Shown one piece after another: positions 28,624 to 43,295 of a stretch of 64,000 nt of DNA. A program made the position numbers and the translations under genes. Source of the stretch: the human T2T-CHM13v2.0 reference genome, Homo sapiens; assembly GCF_009914755.1 (NCBI RefSeq), contig NC_060938.1. One strand, 5' to 3'. The notes under the pieces were generated by a model that was not told the DNA's origin, ran no database searches, and worked only from the letters and a program-made list of their open reading frames with translations. Numbering within the stretch: position 1 is the stretch's first letter; the number at the start of each line of letters is the position of its first letter.

Positions 28624-31547
28624 GTCTGTGAGTGTGCTGGGCTCCCAGACACATATGTCACAGTGAGCTGTGGGAATGACCCTTGACTCCTATCCTGATG
28701 GGAGTGGGAGAGGGTGCAAGAACTGGCCCTGGAGACAGGGGAGGGGTTGTGAGAGCCAGAGCACAGATGCCTGCACACCAGGCACTGGGGGCGGGGGTTG
28801 GGATGGAGAGTGTGGTGATGGTAATGGCCTATAGTCGTGGGGGCTTGGGGACTTCTGAGGGATGTGGGTAAATCTGGAGTTTTTCCTATAGGAACGGGGA
28901 GCCATGGAACGTGCGTGAAGCGGTGTGTAAAACTGGAGAGAAAAACCCTAAGGAGACCTCATCGGACGTTCCTGTGATAATCTAGGCCTCAGGACAGGCA
29001 GACTGGGATGCTTGTGTTACCCCTAACTTTAGATTACTCTCCCACTGCTCCCCTCCTTCACTGTAGATTCCCACAATTTCAGTATCAATGTAATTACAAT
29101 TTAGGGGCTTAGAAACTCCTGTATTTATTGAGAACCCACTTAATTTACATATATTGAGTTTCAATATTGCACAACTCTGTGTGGAGGGGTTAGGGTGGAG
29201 GAGACCTGAGATGACAGAAGGCCATGTTCTCTAGGGATGGTCTGCAGCCCTCAGTGCTGTCTCTTTTCCCTCCAGCGCCCCCTCTGTGCCCCCCTCCAAT
29301 CCCTGCTCCCCCCAGTCTCTATAGCTGAAGGCTAGGACGAACTGTGGGGTTGTGAATATTTACGCAGGCAGGCATAGGACTCAGTGACGCAGCTGAGAGC
29401 CACGCAAGTGTTTGGTGACTCATCAGACCTTCTCCAAAGACTTGTGATATTTTTCTCCTCTGAAGGGCCGAAAGCAATTTGCAGTTAATGATAGTATATG
29501 ACGCCAGAAGAGTACGCAGACCTTCCGGCTCATCTTTTCTGTGCCTTGGGTGTTTTGTTTTTGAAAAAACCTATGTGAATTATTTTCCCTTTAGTAATGT
29601 TTATTTTATTCTGATTATTAAAATAATGTATGCTCATTGTAGAAAATACATAAATGCATTAAATAGGAAATAAAATGCATGAATTATTTTTCCATTACAG
29701 TGTTATTAGGAATGTTTTGCCTGTGCAAAGGAGATGTGGAGCGCTAGACTTATTTTATTTGAGGTGCTTGTCGAGATAACTGAGATCAGTGGGTTGCAGC
29801 CTGTGCTCTGGGGACTCCAAGGGCTTCATAGAAATTTCTAGAGGCTGCCTCCAGGGTGGGGGATCTGGGGAGCTTGAGACTCACTCCCAGGTTCCTCCCT
29901 CCAAACAACTCTGCCGTTTTCTGTCTCATGACTGGGCCTTCTCACAGGGCTGCCTTTGAGCTTATCAAATTGGAGACCCAGTGATCCGGCTCCAGCCTCT
30001 CATTTTACAAGTGAGGAGTTGCAGGCCACTGGTTAAGCGTGTCTGGCGCAAGGTGATGTGGTAGCTTAGGGCTGGTCTTCATGCGTTGTAGGCCTGCATT
30101 GCCTTTTAGTATATGAATCAGTTAGGAATATTGGCATTTTAACTTTAATGCCATTGTCACAAGCTATGTCACCATGCAGAGGACCCCCCCCCACCCATCC
30201 CAGGCAGCTGATCGAGGGTCTTTAAAGGGCTCTCTTTTGAGGGAAGGGGACACCTCAGAGCACCTGGCACTTGAAAAGATGAAAAGTAAGAGCCCCATCA
30301 TTGCTGTTAGGCACACAAAGGAGGAGAAATTGCTGTGGGTGATCCCTGGTTGTATGAATATTGAGAAGAAATTAAGTAAAGGCTGTGTTTCCTGACACTG
30401 ATGTATTAGAACATGGAGTAACTTTCTACAGGAAATTGGAACAGGGATCCCTTTAAATTGAATTTGAAGCTGTGAATAGCAAACCTGCACTTGGCCCTGT
30501 GTGTCCTAATGCAAGTTAAGTAAGCAGTTTCCTGGGTGAGAGTTAAGTACTTTAGGGATATGGGTTAATGTTGAGGCCAATGTGGCTCAAGTTAATAAAT
30601 TGCCTCTCGCGTGTATTGTCTGTGAAGATGCAGAAGAGTAATTTGCTTCCTGCAGAGCTGCTCCAGAATTCTCATACTTAGTTTATTAGATTTTTGGCCC
30701 AATACATTTTTTCCCTCTCATTGGTTTTGTTGATAATAATTACTCACCCCCTTCCATCTCTCTATGGATTTCTCTTGGTTTTAATTGTTTTCAGTAGCCA
30801 CAAAAGTTTACCATTTCAGAAAATAAGTGTTTTAAAATAAGAATAGTCTTGGCCAAACCCCATCTGAGTTTCCAGAGGGAGACAGTCAAAGCTCTATTGT
30901 TAAAGTGATTCTGGGGGCAGTGGCCACTGAGATTAGGAAAAAGCCAGCGCTCCCTTCGTCAAACACGTCAGTGCTCGTCCCTGGCCTAGGGAGCTCTCTG
31001 GGAACTGGCTTCCTGAGGTTTTTACATATGCTCTGGAATCTGGAGTGAGGGTGTATGCGTCAAGGGCCTCCCAGGGAGACGGTGGAGGATACAGAGGACC
31101 GGCTCCCCCATGCTGCTGGTGTTTAGTTCTTGACCCTGTGGGCTCAGGGGGTGGAGAGAACATCGAGAATTGTACCCACCACTAGGCACCATGTGAGGGG
31201 CCAGCAATACCTAGCTCACAGTCTAATAAATCAGTTAATTAACAGGGTAATTATAAGTTGCACAGTGGTATTTCCTGGGAAATGGAGAAAAATGGCTGGG
31301 TGGGTAGGGGAGAAGACAGCATGCAAGCTGAGGTTGGAAGCCTGAGGAAGACATGGGTCCGTCCTTGCACGGAGGACAGCCCGTGCCGAGGCTGAGAAGA
31401 GCTTGGTGTGTGGCAGGAGGTGGAATGCAAGGCAAGATTTGTCTTCAGATTATTCCTTATAAAGAGAGTGTTCACTTTATACTTGGGTCTTTTAGAATTT
31501 TCTTAAACTACAGGACACTCACTTTTGGATGCGAAGTTTAAGCAGAT

Positions 31548-31846
31548 TTTTTTTTTTTTTTTTTTGATACAGAGTCTCACGCTGTCGCCCACACTGGAGT
31601 GCAGTGGTGCAATCATGGCTCACTGCAGTCTCTACCTCCTGGGCTCAAGCGATCCTCCTACCTTAGCCTCCTGAGTAGCTGGGACTACAGGTGTGCACCA
31701 CCACGCCTGGCTAATTTTTGTATTTTTGGTAGCAATGGAGTCTCGTCATGTTGCCCAGGCTGGTGTGGAACTCCTGAGCTCAAGCAATCCGCCCGCCTCA
31801 GCCTCCCAAAGTACTGGGATTATAGGTGTGAGCCACCCTGCCTGGC
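31548..31846 (-). mobile_element. AluJ
   Basis: tcatggctcactgcag...gggctcaagcgatcctcc; TSD aagcagat(t/c)ttt. Confidence 0.92.
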
Positions 31847-32175
31847 AAAGCAGATCTTTTGATACTTTGTCCAGAACATAATTGGTTTCAAATATTTACC
31901 CATCACACATTTAAATAGTCTCTGGTAAGCCATTTAATGGTAGATCCATTCCTGAAGGCCATGTTGCTTTGTGCTAGGCTCAGACCCCAGCTTCCTAGCT
32001 CTGTGATGCTGGGCAAGCAACCCCAAGGTGCCTCTGTTTCCCCATGTGTAAAACAGAGAAAATAGTACAGAGGGTCTCATGCTCTTGGGTCACAATTCCC
32101 TTAGTGCCACTGTCACATTTTTCACAGCACTCCTAGGCCAAAACAAACAACTTAATTAACAGTCCTGTTTACTAA

Positions 32176-32754
<579 letters not shown>

Positions 32755-32773
32755 TAAAATGGTAAAATATCCC

Positions 32774-32992
32774 AGCCTGGGCAACATGGGTGAAACCCCA
32801 TCTCTACAAAAAATAGAAAAAATTTGCCTGGTGTGGTTGTGGGCTCCTGTAGTCTCAGTTACTCAGGAGGCTGAGGTGGGAGGATCACTCGAGTCCAGGA
32901 GTTCAAGGCTGCAGTGAGCCTTGATTTTGCCATCGCACTCCAGCCTGGGTGACAGAGTGAGACCCTGTCTCAAAAAAAAAAAAAAAAAAAAA
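32774..32992 (+). mobile_element. AluJ, 5'-truncated
   Basis: gaggtgggaggatcac...gttcaaggctgcagtgagc; TSD ggtaaa(a/c)tatccc at 32761-32773 and 32993-33005. Confidence 0.9.
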
Positions 32993-33599
32993 GGTAAACT
33001 ATCCCTTGGTGCGTTATTCGGGAACTGTGGTGATAGTATTGACGTGTTTGGTTTAGTGAAGATGAAGGAAATGGTGCACGGAAAGTGCTGAGGGCAGTGC
33101 TCGGTATTAGGTGCTCAGGAATCATTGTTGCCCTCAATCTCAAGGGTTCCCTTTAGTAGACCTAGAAACGTGTCTTTAGGAGTGGTGAAAACACGGCTCT
33201 TGGAGACGTCTAGGGAGAGGTGCATTTAGTTGCTTCATGAGATGACAGTGGAAATATACAGTCTTTCTGTGTTTTGTAGTAAGTGATTGTAAGTATGCAT
33301 GTGCGTCTACGTTAATAAGTTAAACACAAATACAGACATCCAGTTGTTTCTTCAACGTCTCTACATGTATATGTGTTTAGGTATTTGTCTCTAACCTTTC
33401 AGTTGTGTTTTTAATCTTCTTGTTGGGAAAATGGGTAATGTCTCTGTGGTTTGCCTTATATTTGGGATATTAGCAAAGGGGAGAGTGTTTTGAGATGGGG
33501 TTGATGCCACAGGCAGGCCAGATCACGAAAGGCCCTGGTAGGACACAATAAGCCTTAAGGTTTTATTCAGAATGAAATGGAAAGCTGCTGAATGGTTTT

Positions 33600-33904
<305 letters not shown>

Positions 33905-34142
33905 TAATTTTTAAAAAGGTAAATTAACTCTATGGAGATATAACTTAACAATAAAATGCAGCCCTGTAAGTACACTGTCAGATGAGTTTTGACAAACCTG
34001 TATACTTATGCAACCATCGCTCCAATCAAGGCACAGAACCTTTCCCCTGACCCACAGTGTTCTGGGTATCCTTTATCAGCCCATCTGTTAGTTCCACCCC
34101 CAACCTCAGCCCCAGGCAGCCACAGATCTGCTTCTCTCATTG

Positions 34143-34528
<386 letters not shown>

Positions 34529-34763
34529 TAGTTTTTCCTGTTCTAGAATGAAATATGTAAATGGAATCATGCAGGGCGTAGCCTTTAGTGTCTGACTTCT
34601 TTCACTTAACAGAATGTTTTTGAGATTCATCCACGTTCAGCCATTTATCCCTTTTTATTGCTGAGTAGTATTCCATTGCATGAAAATACCAGAATTTGTT
34701 TATCCATTCTTCTGTTGATGGACACATTTGATTTGTTTCTAGTGAGCCGTTAGAGGTAGTTCA

Positions 34764-35393
<630 letters not shown>

Positions 35394-35469
35394 TAAATGA
35401 ATGTTGGTGTGGACTGGACATGTTTTCATCTCTCTTAGGTACATATTTGGGAGTGGAACTGCAGGCTCA

Positions 35470-35700
<231 letters not shown>

Positions 35701-36154
35701 TTATTTCTAGATGGAGAATAGGTCACGAGGGGCTGGGGTGAGAGCAGGGGGAGCAGCAAGGGGGCAGAGGCAGCTGTCAGGTGAGCAAGGCCAGTGCTTG
35801 CTGAGGATGATGGGGACAGTGAAGGGGCTAGCTCTCACGGATGGTTGGGGACAGGATGACTGAAGCTTGGTGATGAACTGGATGATGTTGGGAGTCAAAG
35901 ATGATTTCAGGTTTTGGCTTAAGCTACTAAGGATGAGATGGTGCTACTCATGGAAAAGAGAAGACCCAGGAAGCTTTGAGCATGTTAACTTAATTTCTCT
36001 GAGGCTCACTTCTATTCTGTCCAGCAAGACAGGCAAAGAAATATTAGTTTTATTTCTAAACTAACCAGAGAAGGGGAGGAAATGGCTCAGATGGGCAATA
36101 GGCAGTCTAAAGTCATATGTGTATGGGAGGTACGTAGGCATGCTGGTCGTATGT

Positions 36155-36670
36155 GCACAGTACCTGCACAATTCTCCATGGGTCTGTCATATTTCTGCAC
36201 AGTCTTCTGAGCAAGCCACGAACAGCTGATTTGCTCTGGCCTGTCTTTTCAAGGATGTTTGAATAGCAAGCAGCCTTGGAGAGTAGAGACAGCATCTCTA
36301 TCTGGAACAGATTTATTTTTATTCCAGGATAACAAAGACAATGTCTCCCTTAGGAGCAGAGGTTGGGCAGGTTTACCAGCAGCTGCTTATATAAGATTGG
36401 GGCATCCTAATGTCAGGACTCCTCTCTGTAATGCATCCCACTGTGTGTACAGGTAACACCTTGCCTTCATGGGATCGCTATGGGAACTGGGGCTTAGGGA
36501 ACTGGTGCAGCAGTGTTACCCTGGCTACTACTACTGCTGTGAGTAATAAACTGTTTTCAGTCTCTGACCCAGGGATCTCATGCCTTCTGCTAGTATGTAT
36601 GAAGCTGTGGCAGGCTAACTTGGTAGTTTGCTAGCAGAGTACTGTCTCAAAGCCCACACAGTTCATGACA
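36155..36670 (+). mobile_element. Solo LTR, MER77/MER21/MER68-like (ERVL group)
   Basis: caattctccatgggtc...atttctgcac at the start; TATATAA 36388-36394; gtgagtaataaa (AATAAA 36545-36550); ctctgacccagg...gtggcaggctaactt; ends in ...gaca. Confidence 0.7.
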
Positions 36671-38712
36671 GTGCCTCTGGTTGCCAAGCACGATTGGCAC
36701 AGCTGGTGTCCTCCCTGCTCTGCCGCTGTCCTTCTTTTCTTCTGCATCTCTGTCAGTGCACTGCCACCTGAATCTTTACTGAGCACCTAGTAGGTGTCAG
36801 GTCCAGGGGCAGCAGATAGAGTGGGAAGCCAGATATGGTTCTAGCCCTCACAGAGCACGTGTCATTCAGCCTCTGCTGTCCAATCAGCCACTGAGTTGTG
36901 ACTTCTCTACTTAGAGGTAGTTCTTTATCAAATTCATCTCATTCCTCGCTGCCGTTTGGTTTCTCCCTGTGAAGGGTATTCATTTTCATGGTTGTTTTAA
37001 GAGTAAGAGGCAGTACAAGGGAAGTGCCTGGTATAGTTCCTGGTAATCGTAGATGCCCAAATTGTGACTACTGCTGTTGTAATTTCTATTATTACGTATT
37101 CTCAACTCTGATTGTCATTCCTTGATGTAAAAACTTTGCTGTTTGCCCTCATACTACAATACAGGTTGCAGCCCAAACAGTACGGGATGCAAACCAACCC
37201 ATGTCACCGGCCCATTCACCCTGCCCCGATTTCTGTTCCTATCACAAACTGCCTGCTGTGTGCCTTGAATTCTTTCCAGCTCTTTCCCAAACATGACACA
37301 CCCTTTTAGGCCTTTTCCCTTTCCTTCCTTCTTTTCAGGCAAAGTCTTCCTTATCCCCCTGGACTTGGCTCAAGGGTCCCCTTCTCTCTGTACCCATTCC
37401 TTGAGGTTGCCTTTCTCCCTTGTCTCCAGACTGCATAAATGGCAGTGTGGCCTGTGTTGCTGTAGCACCATGTGCACCTGGGCTGTGCCCCGGCAGTGTT
37501 CTGTCTTTGGGCTCACTGGGGAGGGAGCACTGGACCATCGTCCCCAGATGCCCAGGGAGAAGCTTGGTGCTCGTTACTGACTGTAGGGTACTTTTCTGTA
37601 GCAGGCACTTGGGGCTCACTTATGGGACCCAGTAACTTCACAGTCATGAGGTACTTGATTTGAACTGAGGAGAAAATGTGTCAATACCTTTCCCAGGGAG
37701 AGTCACCCTCACAAACCTTGGTCTGGAAGGCCCATCTTAGCCCAGGGGTGAGATCTTGCGTGGATGATTCAGAAGTCACAGTATTCCTGAAAACTAGTGA
37801 CTCAACAGAATTATATGGCTTTGGGAGAAAGAGTCCCTCCAGGGGCAATCCAACTACCACAGGCCAGGGGCCAAGCTTTGGTGAGCCGAGCCTGGGCCCT
37901 GCCCCTCCCTTCTCTATGGGCCTAGGGTTGCTGTGCTGTGTGTGGCATGGCCAGAGTCCTCCGCTCATCTCCTCACCATCTGTTACTTGTGCGTGTCTCC
38001 TGTGCCAGGCCTGGTGCTGACACTAGCTCAGGGAGAGAGGCAGCCGTACCTGGAGGAGCTGCTTAGTAGGACACTTGGCACATGCCACATGCTTTGCAGA
38101 CTTCTCAGTCTCCCAGCCACTCAGGGATTTGTGGGACTGAGTATCTCAGATCCAAGGTGGTCAGGCGAGGGTGCAGGGAGATGGAGCCATGTGTGGGGCC
38201 AGGCTCTTTCCCATGACCTAGGTGCCCCTTCCAACCCCCACCATCCTGTTAAGACCCTGAGCAGCCAGGCTGGTTGCTCCAGCCACTCTTCCCTGGTGGC
38301 TCCCCTTTCCAGTTCTGAGGCTACTGCGAGTCACCTTCCTCCTCCAGGGAGGGAGAGAGCTGCCTGAGCATTACCTCTGCTTGCGGATGGGGGTGCTAGA
38401 GACCGAGCCTTTTCCTTGTTGTCTCTGCCAGTGAGGCTCTGGAGAGTGAGTCAGGAATACAGCTGCACAAATCGCCCTTACTTTGATACTGTGTGATTGG
38501 TCTGCAAGACAGACACAGGGCTGACATCGCATTTTCTGCCTGACTTCTTCCTGGCTGCAGTGACCCTGAGCTGTTCCTAGCCTTCCATCGTTTCTGTTGT
38601 GGACAGGCGTGTCATGCTGCCCCTGTTCCTCCTGCCCTGGCCTGGCTACTTAGGCTCTTGTGCATGTGCTCATAGGTTCTCATGAAGGTTGTTCTTAGTT
38701 TGCTTATGTCTT

Positions 38713-39008
38713 TTTTTTTTTTTTGAGACGGAGGCTCGCTCTGTCGCCCAGGCTGGAGTGCAGTGGCACCATCTCAGCTCACTGTAACCTCTGCCTCCTG
38801 GGTTCAAGCAATTCTCTTGCTTCAGCCTCCTGAGTAGCTGGGATTACAGGCACCAACCACCACGCCTGGCTAATTTTTGTACTTTTAGTAGAGATGTGGT
38901 TTCACCATGTTGATCAGACTGGTTTCGAACTCCTGACCTCGTGATCCACACCCCCCACTCAGCCTCCCAAAGTGCTGGGATTACAGGCATGAGCCACTGT
39001 GCCCTGCC
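38713..39008 (-). mobile_element. AluS
   Basis: Full antisense Alu; degenerate TSD ctta(t/c)gtctt. Confidence 0.93.
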
Positions 39009-39116
39009 TTCTTACGTCTTATATCCACACTGCCTGTGATTTTGTACATGATACACACAATGTCACCTAGCACTGGCCTTTCTGACTTTCATGCAACTAT
39101 TGAAAGTGAAAAATTT

Positions 39117-39472
<356 letters not shown>

Positions 39473-39704
39473 TCAGGGTCTATGCTAAGGTGAGTTTATG
39501 GGACATCCCTGGGAGTTTGGGGTGGCGGTGGCGGGGGGGGGGTCCTACTCACGCCACACCTACTCCGGGAGGGACCTGGCATTGGACTCAGGTTGCCAGG
39601 CAGGGGTGTGGAGTGGTCCCTACACCCACAATTCCTGTGACTCCCATTGTCTCACCTGAGACCCTGGCCTTGAAATGATGGGCTCTAAGTAAGTTCTATT
39701 TCTA

Positions 39705-40008
<304 letters not shown>

Positions 40009-42784
40009 TTTATTTCCCGTCTCCACAGGGGTCTCTCTGCGGCTTCCTGGGGCCTCGCTCCTTCCGCCTACCTCTTTCTTCCTTCTCCTGCTGTCTACCC
40101 TGTGATGTGATAGCTTTCTCGGGGAGTGTTCAGATGAACAGTGTTTAGAATTGTTGAATGCTCTGTTGGAAAACAGAAAAGGCTATTTCATGAGCAGATG
40201 ATGACCTTATTAACTATAATTAGGCAATTCACAGAGGCTTCCAATATAGTCCAGCATCTTTTCTTGTTGAGATGGGGGGAAAATTCTATGGTAATGTCTT
40301 TGGAGATGTAATAGTCTTTATCACATTACTAGTTTAAATTATTCTAGAAGTTTTGGCAGCCTGGTGTTTTCATTTAGAAAGCCGAGGTATAGTTTTACAG
40401 TTAGCCACATTAATATAATAATTATAATTTTGAGCAAGTAATTTCAGACACTGACATCAAGAGTTGTTTTTATAGCAGAGAAAGATCACAGGTAGGAAGG
40501 TGGAACCTCGCGTCTAATCTATCTAATCTGTCACAAATAGGATGATGTTGTGAACACAGGCAGTTCATGCCCCTGGCCCATGCTTTATATTATGGGACAG
40601 AGATGCAAATGCTTAGAAACTCCCCCTGTATTAAATCCCCAGAGAACACGCACATTTGAAATTAATGGGAAATTGTCTTTTCTAAAGAATTTGGTATGCA
40701 GGGGCACATGATGTGGAATTTCCCCTGGGTTCTTTGTATCAGGTTGCCCCATTGCCTTGGGCTTGTGTGAGAGTGGACCTGGGAGTGAACGGGTGCTCGC
40801 AGGGCCCACCTGGTGGTCAGTCTGTAACTGTGGCTATGAGCAGCCTCCCACCCTGTAGGCCCCTCACAAGGCCTAGTTGCCTGGATCTCCAGGGGCATCT
40901 GGAAGCCTGGAAGCTACTGTCTCCTGGGCAAGGAGGCCTTCACTGCCTCCACAGCCCCCATCTGCACATGGGCCGCAGGCCCTGGCAACCCCTTCCCCCA
41001 CTTCCCTCCACTGGCTTGGACCTCCAGGCCCACAGCAAGTAACTTTTGGTTTGTGTTTTACCTTTCACTTGTAAGCACATTTTTTTTTTATCGTTCTATA
41101 GGGATTTTTCATATATCATTTTGGATCCTGTTTTTAAAGCTCAGTATCCCTGTTTTTACAGCCTTCAGGATAGTCATCTTCTATCATGTGGTTGTACCAC
41201 AATTTGCTAGTTGTATCCCTGTTGCTGAACATTGAGCTTTTTATTCCAGCAGGTTTTTTATTGTTGTTTTATAGGCAGTGCTGCAGTGATCATCTTTATG
41301 TACATAATATTTAGCTTCTGTGCAGTTAGTTTCTTAGACTCTATTGCTAGGGTTGGAATTGCTAGCCAAGACTAAGAATAACTTTTTAAAAATATATTAA
41401 AATCTTCTTATAGTAATAATATTTGAAGAACAGAAAAAGGTAGAAAAAGGAAAATAAAGATGCCCAGCTGTCCCATGATGTGGTGTTCACCACTGTATTA
41501 GCTAGGAGTGTATGAGGCTGCAGATAACAGGAAACCCAACTCGAGTGGCTTCAACAGGTGGAGAGAGACTCGTTTGTCTCAGGGAACAGGAGACTTGAGA
41601 GAGAGTCCAGGGCTGGACCCAGGTGAAGCCATGCTGTGAGCGACCCTGGCTGTTTGCATCTTTCTGTCCCACTGTCCTGGATGTTGCTGGCCTTTGTCTA
41701 TGCTATGCTTTCCTCATCTCAGTCTTCCTTTCTTACCTCTGGCTGGATGAGTCTTTTTATTTCTGTCTGCTGAAACAGTGTATCTCCTGCATTTGGGTCA
41801 TTATAAGAAGAAATATGATTATTTTTCCTGCATGTCCCTCGTCTGCAACTGCCTGTGTTTGTGACATTCCATTCGGCCAAAACTGGAATTTTAACAGTGT
41901 CCAGACAGAGAAGAGGAAGAGTAGGCATCAGGACTAGGAAAGAGCTCCTCTTTCTTATTAATGGGATAGTCTTTCATCCCTGTGTTTCAAGTTCACAGAG
42001 TCCCTTGGGTTAGAAAATATCCTTTGCTCTCTCCTTGATTCCTATGAACCAGAGAAGGGGACAGAATCTTCCTGGGCTTATTGGTCCCCCAGTCAGTCTT
42101 GCAAAGGGAGGTTTATTGAGCACTTACCATATGCAGCAGGGGGTTGTGAGCCACAGTCGTGGCCTTTGGGAAGCTCACAGAAGAGGGGAGGAAGCAGGCT
42201 GACTTACCCCTGCCCTATCACACTGTTACCCTTGTGTCAACCAAGCTTAACCTTGGCTGAGTAGAAATGAGTGATTTGTGACCTATGTTAATCCTACAGA
42301 AAAGAACAAAAAAATAAAATAAACTTCCATAGATGCACCACCAGGTTTTAGTTATTAGCATTTTTCCGTATTTATACTGGGTACCTCTTTTTTGTTTTGT
42401 AAGGAATGAAATATGGCAGATAGAGCTAAAACCCTACTTCATTCCCTTTCCATTAGTGGCCACTCCCCTGACGTTGGTGGGCATGCTTTTAAATGTTTCC
42501 TGCATATGTTATGAATGACATAAATAATATGTAATACTTTTGTATTTTAAAGGTTTATGTACATGTTATTACACTCTGTGGTTTTTTGCAATTTGCAAAA
42601 CAGTCAACATTATGTTTTCTGTTATCTCTCTATCCATCCATCCATCTATCCATCTGGTTCATTCAATTTTCATTGGTGTGTGGGATTCCACTGTATAAAT
42701 AAGCTCAAGTTTATTTACTCATTCTCCTACTCCTGGAAGGTTGTTTTTACTTTTTGTCTCTTGCATACAATATTGTAGTGAACA

Positions 42785-43295
42785 TGTGTTCCAGTTTTTT
42801 ATTGCTGTTTAATAAGCCACCTCTAAACTTAGTAGCTTAAAACAATAATGTTTATTTTGCTTCTGAATCTGCAGTTTGGGCAGGGCTTGGTGTGGGCAGC
42901 TCATCTCTGCTCCACTTGGTATCATGTGGGGCAGCTCAAAGGCTAGAAATGGAAGCATCTGCAGGTCTGTTCGCTCAGCATCTGATGAGTGATTCTGGCT
43001 GTCTGCTGGGACCCTGGCTGTGCTGTTTGCTGGAGTATTACATGTGGCCTCTCCATGTGGTCTGGGCTTCCTCATCCCATGGCAGCTGGGTTCTAGGGGC
43101 TAGTGTTCTGAGAGGCCCCTATACTGAAACCAGATTGCTCTGTGACCCAGCCTCAAAGGCAGGCAGCATCTGTTGACTTCATTCTGTTCTTTGGAAGCAA
43201 GTCACTGAGGCTGCCTCCCATTCAGGGCAAGGGAGATTGGACTCCACCTTCAATGGGACGAGCCTCACAGAGTTGGTAGACCTGTTTTCATACTG
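42785..43295 (-). mobile_element. MaLR solo LTR (MLT1F/G-like)
   Basis: ttattgctg...aaacttagtagcttaaaacaa...ggcctctccatgtgg...gggcttcctca...caagggagattggactccacc. Confidence 0.75.
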
